NCBI GenBank assembly: GCA_050084985.1
Contig: JBITNC010000002.1
Span: 2,294,001-2,358,000 of the forward strand
From: Nageia nagi
Lineage: Eukaryota > Plantae > Pinophyta
Reading direction: 5' to 3'
Length of the DNA: 64,000 bases
Below the pieces are notes generated by a model. The model had not been told where the DNA came from and made no database searches. It was given only the letters and a program-made list of their open reading frames with translations. A program made the position numbers and the translations under genes. Of the stretch, positions 12,701-27,700 are shown piece after piece; position 1 is the first letter of the stretch, and each line of letters begins with the position of its first letter.

Positions 12701-15700
12701 ATGTCAATTATATTGTAGGTATTATATGTCAGTTTTTCAATTATCCTCCTTTTCTTTGCATTGATAGCAACAACTACTAAGAAAAGCTTCATAAATCAAA
12801 GTTGAATGTTTTTTGATGTAAGCGTTTGTTAAAGAAAAATGCTACATTGTAAAACTAGAAGCATTAATGATTCAAAATTCCAGATATTGGCAATGAACAT
12901 GAGAGATGCAGCAAGTTAACATAATACAAGAACATATGATCTGGTTAAGGAGCCCAAGCAAAATGAGAGTAACATAAATAAACTTTATATTTGGGTTACT
13001 TCTGTGTTCGTACTGCAGAGTGAGAAATAAATAACAGAGTCAACATTTTCCATTAAGAAAACATAAGTACATATTTACTGCTAGAGCAATAAATCAACAT
13101 TAGTACAAGTGGTAACTATAAAAATATCATAGAAAGAAGGAAAGAAAGAAATACTATACATCTGAAGGGGTTCTGAGAGCAAAGAAAACAAAACTAAATT
13201 AGTTAAGTTACAGCCAAGGAAAACTGTGAGTGTGTGAAAAATATGTGATGGTAAGGATGAATCAAAGAATATCATATGGCAACACACTAAGAATGAATTG
13301 AAGAATATCAAATGGCAACACGCTAAGAATGAATTAAAGAATATCATATGGCAACACACAGGTAATAGTGTATCAAAGTTGTTCAATGGTGGAATATGGA
13401 GAAGTGGAAGAAGAAAAGTTCCTGCTAACCCTTCTATCCACCAAAGCCAGTAAGTCTGTGGAAGAAGTGAGAAATCTAGTGATGCATTCCTTCTTGGATT
13501 GCCTGGATTGTGGGCAAGGATGGGAGAAATGTCCTTGGGGATTAATTCTTACCTGTTATGGGGATTATAGTCACCTTTCAGAAAGGGCGATGATGTTGTG
13601 CAGATCTGCTACTGATCATACGAGTAGCAGTAGCAAAGCATGAGAAGATCTATACAGCTGTAGGGTTTATGGTGACATAAGTGCAACAACACCAATATAA
13701 TAATGATGAATACATAGTAGATTTAAGATGAGTTCAGTATAAGTTGATATTTAGCATTATTCAAATTGGCCACTTCCATGTGTCCTGCTTAAGATGCTCA
13801 ACTTTCAAGATTTTGATTAGCTGTAAAATTTATTGGTTTGTCGTTAGTACTCATGGTTTCTCTATCCTCACAATGACATTTTTGAACTTTGGTGCTGGTT
13901 ATGTAAACTTATTGCTAGATTTGCAGTAAAATCCCCTTTTTTCAGTAAAGAATCCTTGACAGCCAATTCTTTAAACTTAAACTTCCCCAAATTGCCCGTA
14001 AGAAGACCTTTCAGCTGTGTGTTATCTTTATTTATATATATGTTCCTTCATTTTGAAATATATCTGATGGCATCTTCAAGCCATCAACAATACCTGCAAC
14101 CTTGAGTCTTCAATTTTCTATTCTAAGCATAGTTTATTTTACGTAGATCCCCTCTATATATGAGGAAATCATGCAAATTTTTAAATAGATAGTGTATAGT
14201 ATTGCTGGAGCATTCTCAAATCATGCTTTTTTTCTCACCTCCGCTAGACATCTATTACATATTGTAATTAAGGAGAATCATGCATTTGTCATGAAAGGGA
14301 CCTTAGGAGATGGGTATTTTCATTCTATTTGGTTATCATGCAAGTTTTCTATATTCATGAGTTTGATAGAGATATGTTTCTTGATAATCTAGAGACTAGC
14401 AATTGCCTCACAGTTCACTAATATATGTCACTGTTGCATATCAAAATGCAGTTGGCAAGATTTTTCAGTGACTGTTGTTGTTAGCAGTATGTTTAGTTTT
14501 GTTTTGAATCATTGTGTGGGACATGGATGAGAATCAGAATTTCAAATTGCCATTGATTTGACACTTGAGGAATTAGAGAATTTTTGCCATTTGGCAAGCA
14601 GTGTTGGTTGAATGGAAATGGTTGGGAAATTAACAAGTCTATACCTCGTCTTTCGAGCATTGTTGAGGGTTCAAGGTTGATGGGATGTATAGCTAAGTAT
14701 GGGTGGCTTCTCAGATGCGAAGGTTGTTTCAATTCATAGACAGCCACAGTTGAACCAAATAAAGGTCATTTTCATACTTCGGTTGCCATGCAGTGTGATG
14801 AAGAGAAACGTTGTTAAGATAGCTAACAAGAAATAGGAGAACCATGACGAGAAGAATGGGAAGGATGAAACCATTATTGAGGAGCTGACATATGAGGGTT
14901 AAAAGAATGTTATTGGAATTTGTACACAACATCATTTTAGATCCATGAAGGTCATTACCACTCTTTGACTTGTCTATAATGAGGGCATTGAAGACCACCC
15001 ATGTTAAGATGGAAAAGAAGAAATGGAAAAAAAACTGTTTTGGCAAGAAGGGGAAGCATAGAACCAATGCGAGGAGATAACATAGTATACTATTTTCTAT
15101 ACATGGTGTCACCTCATGATTTTGATATCAGTGTTTGACAAGAACATTTAGTTCCATGAGAAGCCTCTTGTGAAAAATTTCATGTACTCTGATCCTACTT
15201 ACTATATCTATATCTACAACTTATGAGGTGCTTGGTTGTCAAGTTTTGAAGATTGCACACTTGAAGGATTAAGAATGCTATCCAGGATTTGATTCACAAA
15301 AGATAGTTATTTAAATGTACATTTACCCCTTTTGGCTCATATCGCTTATGTAAGGTTTGTTGGATGGCAAGATCTACGATTGGTTTTGGGATTTATCATT
15401 TCAGCCAAAGAAGTGTTTAGAAACTGTTTCATATTGGCACTCACAACTATCACACTTGTTGTAAGCAATGAGAATGTGTTATTGCCCCAAGAAATGGCTA
15501 GAGCATTTGATGTTCAAGTGTTTATATTCAGGGATTGAGCTTCACATTAGTCATTTGAATTGAATACCTTGAAAGTGTTCAAGAAAAAATCAGAAGTATT
15601 TGATCCATAGGTTGCATCAGTAGGGCAGGGCCAAATTTGTTTAAAGGCATTAAGAGCTGTGAATTGAAAAATACTTAAAAAGGGAGATGGGTTGTAGATG

Positions 15701-18700
15701 AGGGGAAAGTTGGGACAAGCTGAAGGTGGGGAAGGTTGTGAGACTTCTGGAAGACAACTTCATGACAATGATGATGAGTGGGAAAACAAAGGTGGTGATG
15801 CTGATAATGATTACAATGAGGTGAGGATTGTCAGAGGCATCACTGGTGAGGATTTTCAGAGGCATGTGGTTACTATGTACTCATTTAAGTGTAGCGCTTC
15901 TTGGGGACAAAGCCTTATTTTTCTTTTGGTCCTGGAGTATGGCATGCATTTGTTTGGTGAGAGCATCTCCTTCACCTTGTCGATCCTTGCTGTGTTTTCT
16001 ATTCTCAAGAATCCGAAGAAGCTAGCACTTGATTCTGGTGGTAGCCTGAATTGTAGCTTGTCATAAATCAGACTTTGTAAATTACAGCTCTGGGTTACTA
16101 AAATGTTCATCATTGATCTGTTTCTTGTCTTGGGAGTTCATCTTGTAGATTTAAGAATTTTGTATTTTGATATTGCTCTTTTTGATTATTTATTTATATT
16201 GCTCTTATTGATTATTTATTTATTTTATGGTAAACCCCTTTTTTAATTTTGGAGAAGGGTACTTAAACTCTATTCAGCAAATTGAGCCCGCATGGGTAGT
16301 GTAGTACAAGTTGACCATGGAAGGGTGTTGGAATTTGAATTTGGGCCTCCACTATGGAAATTACCTACTTTACGAATCCACCTTCTATTAACTGACATTC
16401 ATATTTACATCCTATGTTGCAACATTCAAATTTGTGTTTGAATTTAGCAAGGATGAAATTTGTGAAAATGTTGCCCTTACAAACATTGGCCATAAAATTT
16501 GCCATTGAGTTCAAACAATTATTTGAAATAAAATATAACTAAAAATAAAAAATATTTAGAAAAAATAAAAGTGAAGTAAACAAATAAAACTTATTTGAAA
16601 TAAAAGTGCTAAAAAATGTTAAGAAAACAAAAACTGTTATTCTGAAATAGAAGTTTAAGAACAATATATTACACTTCAAAACAAATTTATAACACATGTG
16701 CGGTCCTCTTCTCTTCATTTATTAGACTTAAAAACTAATTAAAAATACTCTCAGCCTTCTTCTCTTCATTTATTAGTTATCATTTAAAAACAAATTAAAA
16801 AACACACATTGCAGCCCTCTTCTCTTCAACAACGAAGCTATGTATTCTGGTGGCCTGAACAACTCTAAAGCTTATTCATCAAGGCATCATGGCTCTGTGA
16901 TTGAGCAAGCTACAGAAGTGCAAGCACAACAGGAGAAGGGGAAGTTGCATAAAAACAACCATATCTGTAAGATTATCACTTTAACCTCGACTTTGTTTAG
17001 CAGCGAACAGAGTCTGCTGACCCCTGTTGAGCTCAAGAAATTCGCAATGCAACTGGAAGAGAGTTAGAAAAACAACACCATGGTGCCCCCCATAGATGGA
17101 GAGTATGGCAAGGGTGGAATAACTGGCATGGGATTTTGGAGCCAGTGCACCTAAACCTCCAAAGAGAGTTCCTTAAATATGGAGAACACACAAACACCGA
17201 GTTCACTATAGATACTAAAGAAGTTATCAATAGAACCACTATAAATTGTTGGACAAAGTTCATCTGCACCATATGTGCTGCAAGATCACCATATATCTCT
17301 TCTCCATTTTGGCCATTAACCTGCCAAATTTCCTTGAACAGTTGGATGAGATAGTTCCTTGGAGCAAGGACTTCATCTAGATGGCCTATGTTGTGGCTTG
17401 TATCGACAAGGAGGTCCAATGGTTGGGAAGGCAGGACTTCATGGTTGCATGGCGGGGAACTATGGGCCATCCCAATTCAAAATGCCATTTGATTCTAACG
17501 CAATTAATTTTTAAATCCAAACAATTTTTTAGGGCTCTGTTAAAATGTGGAGAGATTGAAACTTTATGTATCAAATTTGCTGAGTGCGGCAACATAGTAA
17601 TACATCATGTATGTACATTGAAGATATTGATTTTGAATTGTGTTCTTATCCATTGATGCGATGTCTATGTGAACTCTTTGGTTTCATTTTATACTGTCAA
17701 TTTTTTTATTTAATAATTGTAAGTCTACGTCTGCATGTTATTTCAACGTATGTACCTCCTTAGGGTTCAGTCCTTTTGACAAATTGCATCGTGAAGCATG
17801 CTTGTTAAAATCAATGCAGTCTTACTTCTGTGTTTGGCTTAAAGTCTTATTTACTTCAGATGCCAGTAGAAACCAAAATCTAATCCCTGCACAGAGGTTT
17901 CCAATTTGATTTATAGACTTACATGAAATTCTAGTATTAGAAGCATATGATTACTTGAATTGAATTTTATTAGTTTTGGTTCTTAGATCTTGTATGATTT
18001 TGTCTTTCAAATGTTTATCAATATGTAACAGCATAGGATAATTTACTGTTAAGAACATCTTCCATGTTTCTTAACATCAAGAACATGCTTGGTATTGTTC
18101 CAAGAGAAGTGATCAGGCAATCCTGTGCACTTGTAACATTTATAGGTGAATTTAAGGAAAGAATGAACAAACTCATAGGATTACTTAGGCCAAGGAATTT
18201 CCCAGCATTTGAAGTTATGGCCTGTTGCATGGCTTAGGAGGTTGTTTATGAAGTATACATGCAAGGGTAAATGCTTGGTTGATGACGTTTACTTGATTCT
18301 TTGAAGTAATAAATCTGGTGGCTATATGTAAATAACCTGAGAAATCTTAAGGAGGGGTTCTAGTAGACAAATTGTGTTGGGCAGCTAAATAATGGCATGA
18401 TACCTTGTGTTGTACAGATCTTTCTGAATTTTATACCTAAAGATGAACTTGTCACAGTATAAAGTTTAGAACAGCATCACATATCTTTTATTGCTTAACA
18501 AATACTGCATAACTGATCCTAAGACCTTGACATCAGTTGCTGTAAGAACAAAGTAATATCAACTTGTGAATTTTGAGGGTGAAGTTGATGCCACTTGGTC
18601 CCTTTACTTGACAGAAGGCAAAGTTTCAATTTTTTTGGTGGCTTTTGTTTTTTATCAGTATGTTCTTTATTAACATTTGATTCCTAAGAATTCCCTCATG

Positions 18701-21700
18701 CTTGAAATAACAGCTCCAAGCTGGCATAACAGCGGATTTATATTTGTAAAGATTCAGGGAGGCTTCCAAGAGATTAGAACTTCGGTAACTATTTCCTGTT
18801 TGATGAATCAGAATACTTGCATTTCCTTAAAGTTCTTCCTTTTAACAGCACTAAAGTGCTTGTTCTTGGCAGATCTGTGATGTGGTTGCAATAGCCAGGC
18901 TTTTGAATGCCACCCTTGTCATTCCAGAACTCCAGGAAACAACAAGTACAAAGAGAATCAGGTTGGCAAGTTTTTCATCTAGTATGTGCATGAATTATGC
19001 TTCTCTGATCATGTTAAACATAGTTAATTTTTATTGGAAGGAAGGTGAAATGCTATATGGACTTTAATTCAATCAATCCTTTTGTGTGCCTGTGGCAGCT
19101 CAAAATTCAAGAGTTTTGGATACCTTTATAACGAGGAACAGTTCATTGCAGCACTCACAAATGATGTATTGATTGTGAAGAGTCTTCCAAAAAGATTCAA
19201 ACCTGCTAGAAAGAGGAATGAGTTACCTGTTTTCACGCCTGTGTATTCAGCTTCTCCTGACTTTTTCCTTAAAGAGGTTTTGCCAAAACTCAAAAAGCAT
19301 AAGGCAATTGGGCTACTAGTATCTGGAGGTGGCTGTTTACAGGTAATAGGCAAATATTATCTTTTTTGGGATACACAACTTAGTCTTTGGTTGTTAATCT
19401 GTTTTTAATATTTTATGTGTCACGCAAAGAAATGAGTCAGGATATTGACTAAACTATATTTATGGATAATGATATAAGGTGATTAACCCTACCAACTGAA
19501 CAACACTAGTTTGTTCCACCGGAATGCATATAGAATCTGGTTTAGCTCAGAAAACCTCATGGAAACAAACGAATATGCAATATAACAGTACTCTTATTAG
19601 TACTTTTGGAAACAGAATGAGAGGAAAACATTGAGACCTTATCTTACAAATCTAATTATACCTTTTAAGGCCAATAATCACCTCATATATGCATTTGAAA
19701 AACTAAAATCTTGAATTCTAAAATATTCAATAGAAGGAAGGAATTGTATGTGTCCACAAGGAAGCAGAACTTGTAGCTGAGATTAAAACTAAAACCAACA
19801 AATGCCCTACGCTTTAAACAAAATCAAGATGATGAAAATGTTATAATTTGGATTCAGTTGAATCAAATGAAATCATGATGATCAAAATGGTTTCCAATAT
19901 ATCCATAAAATTTGAACTTGTATATTTAGGCAGGGTGCTTTCTATATGAGCAAAATCCGAGACTACATCGATATAAGTTACAAAATGGAAAAACCAGCTT
20001 GTGTACAGCGTATATTGTTCCTCTAAATTAGGGCTGAAATATGGCAGTGAATTATGCGCTTTTGTTTTTGGCTGCAACTAGAAAGACAACAAAGTGCATA
20101 TCATCCCGAAGATGAATGGCATATATACAATTACTCTTGCTTTGTGTCTCTGGTAAATTTGACCTGGGGTTAAGATTTGACATGAGAGGGTGGTGTTCTT
20201 CATAGTGATTGACATTAAGGGTGTAGTTACATCAAATATGTTATTCCTTTAGTCTGCTGCTTTTGCAGTTCATCTTGATATTTGTTTTGGACCTCTTTGT
20301 AGATTGATGCCTGCTCTGCTAGAAGAGATTTTATTCCATGCTTTTGTATTTATCTGCAAATTATGCAGCATGGTCCAGTAACCTTTTATTCCAGGCTTTT
20401 GTAATCAAACATATGCTGTCGATGTTCAACGTTGTTTGTTAATAATCATATTGTATCTTGATGGTAGCACATTACTCTTTTGCATGATGCTTGCATTGAG
20501 TATGTCATGCTAAGTATTCTTAGGAGTCTAGGAGATACTACTATTGCATAAAACTCATGAATGAATTGAAACAAATCATTATGTTGCAAATAAAGTGTGG
20601 CAAATGAATGTTGCTATGAGTTACTTTTGGGATCTTACCAATCTTAATGTTTGAACACACATACAAACTTGTGTGTCCACACTTTACACTCTCTGGTCAT
20701 TCAATGCGTTCTATTATGTAGCAAAGGTTCTTCTAGTACAAGGCAACATAAAGATTACTTGCTTTGTATTGACTTTATGGTTTGCTTCCTTAGCTGGCTT
20801 TCTTGAGGACTTGGGTAAGATGGACAAAAATAGAGGTAGTGGAAATGGTATGAAAAGAGACAGTGATACATGAAGAGAGATAGAAAGAGTCTTGTGCACC
20901 TGCACATATTCCCAGACATATTTGAGGGCAGAGAGGGGTGTGTTGAGTGGTCTTAGGCCCCACATCTCCTCAACTGCATGTTGATATTGTGTCTTTGATT
21001 GCACTCTGGCCTCGAATAGCATAATCTATGGACTTCAAAAACATGTGTTCTGCTTTTTAAAATTTAATATTGAACCAACTATTTGCTATGCTATGCATGA
21101 TTGCTAAATTGAATGAATATTTCATATATTTTATTTTGAACTTGGTCATATTTGACTCTGTTAGGCTATATTTTGTGTCATTAAAAGAATATCTCGTTCT
21201 GTTTGCTGAGTGTTTTTTTGTCATGTTTTAATTGGACCCTGTCTTGTAACTATAGTACAAATCAACAAATGATATAGCCTAGAAATTAGAACATTATTAG
21301 TCAACTAATGCAGCTTAATGCTAACCTTTGAAGCCCTTATCCCTAATTCTATGTGGAGCTACTGAGAGATGCCAAATATAGAGAATAATGTTCTATGTAT
21401 TTGCCGCTCGATGATGGGTCAGCCACCCTCAAACATCCAAAACTTTATTATTAGAAGTAGGCAGAATCTTGGATCAGGTAAATCAACCTTCATGTAGCTC
21501 TTATTAGAAAAAAGAATAAAATATGATATGGCATAAATTTACTAGAAGAATGGATTGTCTAACACCACTACCCATGAGCCATCTATTACAATATTTGTGA
21601 TATTTTAATTGATTATTCTCACATGCTAGATGGCTATCCAAAATGTGTTGTCTTTCAACATTCATTCCGCTTCTGTTGATGATTCTCACATGCTATTCAA

Positions 21701-24700
21701 AATGTAGGCCGAATCTTGGATCAGGTAAATCAATCTTCAGGGAGCTTTTATTAGAGATAAAAATGAAATATCCCATGGCATATATTTACTAAAAACACGC
21801 TATCCAAAATGTGTTAGTCTTACAACATTTCTTCTGTTTCTATTGATGATTCTCACATGCTATTCAAAGTGTAGTTTGCATAATTTATTAGCTTAGTTAT
21901 TTTAGTTTTGTTTTCTTGTAATTTACTAATTTAGATCTCCTTTTGGTGCAAAAACAGTTATCTGTACCCACTTGTTTTTATTTCTTGAGTTGCACTGACC
22001 TATTTTAATCACTTGTGGATATTTATAGAAAGTAACTTTCTTTCTAGTGAGAACTGTAGAATCTTATCTAGAAATGAATATACAAATAATATGTTTCAAG
22101 AAAAATAAATGCCATTCTAAAAAAAGTGAGTTGCAATTTTGTTCATTAATCTTCAATGAAGTTGGTGACACATGCTGCCTATCATCATGGAATTTTGCAC
22201 ATAGTCGAGCCGTAATCATAGCGATTGTGAACTTGACTTGCATCCTAAATGGGCTGCATCCTCCAAATAATGGATTGCTAACTACAGGGAGTATTTTGGG
22301 GATAAAGGCAATAAATGATTGCTTATTTGTTTCCCTTTTTATGGGTGAGAGATGCATTCTACAGATATATCCTAATGGGAGCACCATTGTAAGATGATAT
22401 TACTCCATTGGTGTATGAATAAATATCTTGGATAATGTATAGGAGTAAAAAGTATTTTATAGTATAAGATAAAAACTGAAATATACTACTTTTTTTGATG
22501 TTCCCTTTCAAGAAGGCTGATTTCACATCCATTTGATGAATTTTCCATCTTTTGTGGACTGCAATAGTTATAACCATGTGGATGGTCTTCATTGTAACCA
22601 CTAGTGCAAAGGTCTTTACATTATCAATGCCATCTTTGTGTAAACCTTTTGCCACTAGCCTATCCTTGCATTTTTAAACACTTCCATTGCTCTTCACTTA
22701 GTCTTAAGCATCCATTTTGTCCACACAATCTTTTTAAATTTAGGCAACTTACAAAGTTGCCAAGTATCATTTTGTTTCTACAGAACTAATCTCCTCCTTC
22801 ATGGAATTCCTCCAAATCTTATTTTTATTTGCCTCCTCTAATGAAGAAGCCTTCCTTGTCCATCTATGAAAAGTAGGCAGCATCATTTTTGTGCCATCTC
22901 AACATCATCATCTTTATCAATGTTAAATATCACAATTGTATTTATGACTTAATCCAACGTCTTTGCTTGATTTCTAGTTAGCCTCTTAGTGAAATTTGAA
23001 TCAAGAATATGAGAAGATAGATGATTTTTAGTTATTTTCTTTCCTCTGTGGATGCTTTCAAACTTATCTATTGAAGCAGCATTACCTGTGTCACTATCAT
23101 GATCATCTTCACTTGAAGAAGAGGTGCTTCTTTTGCCATTTCAGGCTGGTGGTGATAGCGGTGGATTTGGAGATGGTATAGAAGGCTGGTTTAAAGCTCC
23201 ATTTATCTCTCCAACATTGACAAGCTTCTTACAACCTTGACGGACATACACTACACTTCATCAAATATCACATCTTTAGATTCAATGAGCAAATATTGTA
23301 ACAATGCTTTCCATGAGCAAAGCAGAAGAGTGGAGGAGTTGATTTGTGACAAGTAATTATGAAAGAGTGATGGACATACACTACACCTCAATTTCTCTAG
23401 CTTGGTGAAAATTACTGCCAAAGAATTGGTAGTTGAGCTTGTAACGATCCAAAACAGATCTCAAGCAAATATCAGTGAATTATTACAAAGTTAACCAAAC
23501 TAGGGCATCCAATGTGCAATCACAAACCCTAGAGTACCAACGTTGGGCTTCCACAAGCTCAATACAAACAAGAAATGCCAATGATGGGCCAATACCCACA
23601 ATATACAACAATTACAAGCTATTAATGCCAATGTTGGAAAAACACAAACACAATAAGGCGAAACGATGCCAAATATGAACAAGTACTCAACAATGACTGA
23701 GATCCAAAGTGCCCACAGCTTATATTATGATATGCAATGTATAATCAATACAAAACCAGGCCCAAAGGGTTGATGTTAGCCTCCTGGAGCTGAATTGGGC
23801 TGGACAAACTCTCTTGATGTTGCTAGACGGACATGGGACAGTAGCGCCTCCTCACAATCTAACTCCTCCCCATCAAAGGGGCCCTCCTCAAATTCGGATA
23901 ACCACGCGAGTGGTAGAGACTCCACCTCGGATACCACCGGATCGGCACCAATGCCGTAGATTGCCAAGATCCCTCAGCTTGACAACCCTCTTAGGTGCTC
24001 CACCTAAGGAATACACTTAGCGTTGCGCAAAGGTCTTGTCCACCGGACGAAGTAGGTAAATGTAATAATAATCAAGTTTGTCTAGCAAATGAGCCTCCAA
24101 GTCTTGTTATACTCTTCACCAGGTCCTGGATCTCACCTCGGAATCATCACTAGGCTGTAAGGCCCCAACGGTTGCCTCTAGAGGGCTCAGGATACCCAAC
24201 GTGGATGCCTAGGTGTCAGGCATGCCAATGTGGGATTCCTGGGTGCCATAAATGCTAGTGCAGGGTCTAGGAGTGCCACGCGTGCCCAGGTGGACCTAGG
24301 AGTCATGCGTGGAAGCCTAGGAGTTTGGGATGGCCAACATGGGGTCTAGGGAGCTCCTCAAGGCTGGTGCAAGCATGTGAACCTCTATCCTGGTTAATCA
24401 ATGCATACAAGATCTTGGGATTCTCACAATCAATTCCAGGATCTCCAAGTACATTAATTTATCCTATTGTAAACTTGGGAGGGATACGTCCCACTAGGGG
24501 CTCACAGTGGGGTCCATGGACCAATTAATTCCTATCCCAAGTTATACAAAACAAACCACAGATCAAACTACAAAACAAACTCCAAAAGGGATGTTATTAA
24601 GACATCCCTTTTGGCTCTTACATTATTTTTATATAGTACAAAAGGGATGTTACAAAGCTTAACACCAATTGGAGAAGAGGAGGATATGTAAGAAGGGTGT

Positions 24701-27700
24701 GTTTTAGGAAAGCATGCTAGACAAAAGTTCCTCAACAAAGAGGCTTGGAGGGCTTCTAAGATACTTGAGCTCGTGCACATCGATTGTTGTGGCCCTTTGA
24801 CTACGCCAAGAATTGGTAAGTTACTTTATTACATGTCACTGGTTGATGATTTCTCAAGGTGGTGTTGGATTTTCTTTTTGAAATCCAAACATGAGGCATT
24901 TGACATCTTTAATGATGGAATTAAGAGAGCAGAGAACAACTATTTACATAATCCAATAGCACACTAAAAACAAAGAATGAAGCAGAATTTGTCTGCACTT
25001 AAAAGCATATGTCAATTGCTCACATTGGATTTATTAATTCATTGAGACAAAGGTTATTTATATAACCTTATGCAAGCTTAATCAAACCCACTTAACATGC
25101 CTGATCAGCACCTAAACCATCTTAGTTGGTTGGGAGCATTCAATATAGGCTTGACCTTGCATTTGTACACATGGGAATAGAACAGGACACATGTGAACAA
25201 TTATAGACAGCTCCCATGAAGTAAATATTATAATATGATATTCTTACACCTTAAGATTTACTTCATTTATTCCTAACCTAATTTCATTTTTGAAGTACTG
25301 AATTTTTTGAATGTTGAGGGGCTTGGTGAATATATCAACCAATTGCTCATTTGTTGGCTTGTAGATCAAACTACTTGTCCATTCTAAATTTGCTTCTTGA
25401 TATAATGATGGTGCACCTCAATGTGTTTGGTGCGAGCATGGAACATTCGATCCTTGTAATCTTCAAGCCACTTTGGTTGTCCCAATAAATCTTGGTTGAT
25501 GCTCCTTGTTGAAGACCAAGATCACACATGAATTGTCAAAGCCAAATGGCTTCCCTGGTTGCTTCTACAACAACTTTGCACTCTACTTCTATGGATGAGA
25601 GTGCAATTGTGGGCTGTTCCTTACTGCTCCATGTAAATGATGCTGAACCAAGATAGAAGCAGTGTCTTGATGTAGATTTTCTGTTGTTTGAACAATTTGC
25701 TTAATCACAGTTTGAGTTTACGTTGTTGTAAGAGGCTCTTTTTGTAAGGTTGTGATAGTGGTTTTGTTGGATTGGTTGTTGAATTGTGCAAGTGGTGGTG
25801 CTCCTCATAGGATAACCAAGTCCATTGGTATCATCACAGTGAGTGCTTCTTACCATTATGTTGTGATTGTAGCTTCACTTTCATCAAGAATATTTTTGTA
25901 TCATTGTTTCATTGTAGACTTATTGTATTGATCATAGTGTCTAAATTTCATTACCATTAATTAAAGTGGTGCATCTAGATGAAAGATAATTGCAAGAGGA
26001 AGGTTCGGTATTATAGTTCCTCATGTGCTAAAATAGTTGACATATCCTTCAAGTTTGAAGTTTGCATTGTGAACAAACTTCAAGCCAAATTGCAAAGTGC
26101 CTTGTAAGTACGTTAACAGTCTCTTTCCTGCTTTCCAATGACTTTGTTTAGGACATTTCATGAATCTAGATAGCATACTTACTAAATACAACATATTTGG
26201 CCTATTTGTAGTCAAGTAGATTAGACTACCAACTAGTTGTCCAAACAGGGTTCTATCTATTGGTTCTCCTTCTTCCTCACTAGCAACCAATTTTGTGCTA
26301 GTTTCCATGGGAGTTGGAGCTGATTTGTAAACTTGCATTCTGAACTTTTGCATTATTTCCTTGGCATACTTAGATTGAGAAAGGAAAATCTTTCTAGGCT
26401 TTTGCCAAACTTCTACTTTAAGACAATAATGGAGCAGGCCTAGATCTGTCATCTCAAAGTTCTTCTTTAGATCTTGTTTGAGACTATTAATCTCCTCTTC
26501 ATTATCACCTGATTATCAAATCATCCACACAAACAATTACAAGAAATGTGATAATACCATTTCTAATCGTCTAGTAGAAATTCAAATCAACATAAGACTT
26601 CTGGTATCCAGTTTGGTGTAAGTACTCTACCAAGCTCTAGGAGCTTGTTTCAATTCTAATGTGCCATTTTGAGGCGACATACAAGTTGCTCTTTGCCTGC
26701 TTCTATATAACCAAGTGGCTGCACCATCTACACTTCATCAATTAAATCTCTATTGAGGAAAGCATTCTTTACATCAAGTTGATGTAGTCACCACTTGTAT
26801 TGAGTTTGCCAAGGCAAGAATAACTCTGATGGTGATCATCTTGGCTATTGGCATGAATGTCTCTTCATAGTCTATGCCATGAATTTGATTGAAACTTTTG
26901 ACAACCAATCTTGGCTTATGCTTGTCAATGGTACCGTCTGATTTGAATTTGGTCTTTTAGACCCATTTGCAGCCAAAGGTCTCCTTTCCTGGAGTAGTTT
27001 AACAAGATCCCATGTCTTGTTTTTCTTGATGGCTGCCATCTCAATATTCATTGCAGCTTTCCATTTTTGATCTTGGCAGGCTTCTTCATATGTGGAGGGC
27101 TCATAGGTATTCAACACTTGTGACATAAGTGCAACATTTTCGGATTTTGTCCTCATCTTGGACTTTCTTTTTCCCTCTACATATCTCAATTGTGCTTAAG
27201 TTATAGTTTTAAGGTACCATTTGGGCAGCTTCTTTGAAGAGGATTCATGGGAAAATTTTTCTTGTGCTTCAGTATCACTTGTCAAGTTACTTTCTTGATC
27301 ATTGGATGTGGGTGTGCTAAATTCTGGCTATTCTCTAGCTATTCTATGTTCAAGAAGTTCCAACTCCTTAATGCAAGAGTCTATGATGCCTTCATCAAAG
27401 ATTACGTCTCCTAGATACATGAACTTTCTTGATTTTGATTTCATAGATCCTATATGCTTTACTTGCATCATCGTAACCAACAAATATACATTTGCTACTA
27501 TTATCAGGTAATTTCTGCCTTTCTCCTTTTGGAACGTGCATATGGACAATACCAAAAATTCTAAACACGAGTAACATTGGGCTTTTTACCAGTCAAAACT
27601 TCTTTTGGTGGCATGTTTTGAACAACTTTTGTGGCACTTCTATTTGTCAAGTAGCTAGTTGTCCTCAGTGCTTCTTTTCAAAATATGTTTGAAAGCTTCT

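Noticed and set aside
13265-13359. 36-bp repeats as a CRISPR array
   Set aside because: Head-to-tail units with no unique spacers, no cas genes, eukaryotic intron.
14490-16110. Coding-like stretches and ORFs in intron 2
   Set aside because: Frequent stops and no family recognised; not needed for the spliced CDS.
22055-22363. Short solo LTR (TGTAGAAT...ATTCTACA)
   Set aside because: An 8-bp inverted match but no TSD (agaac vs gatat) and no second copy.
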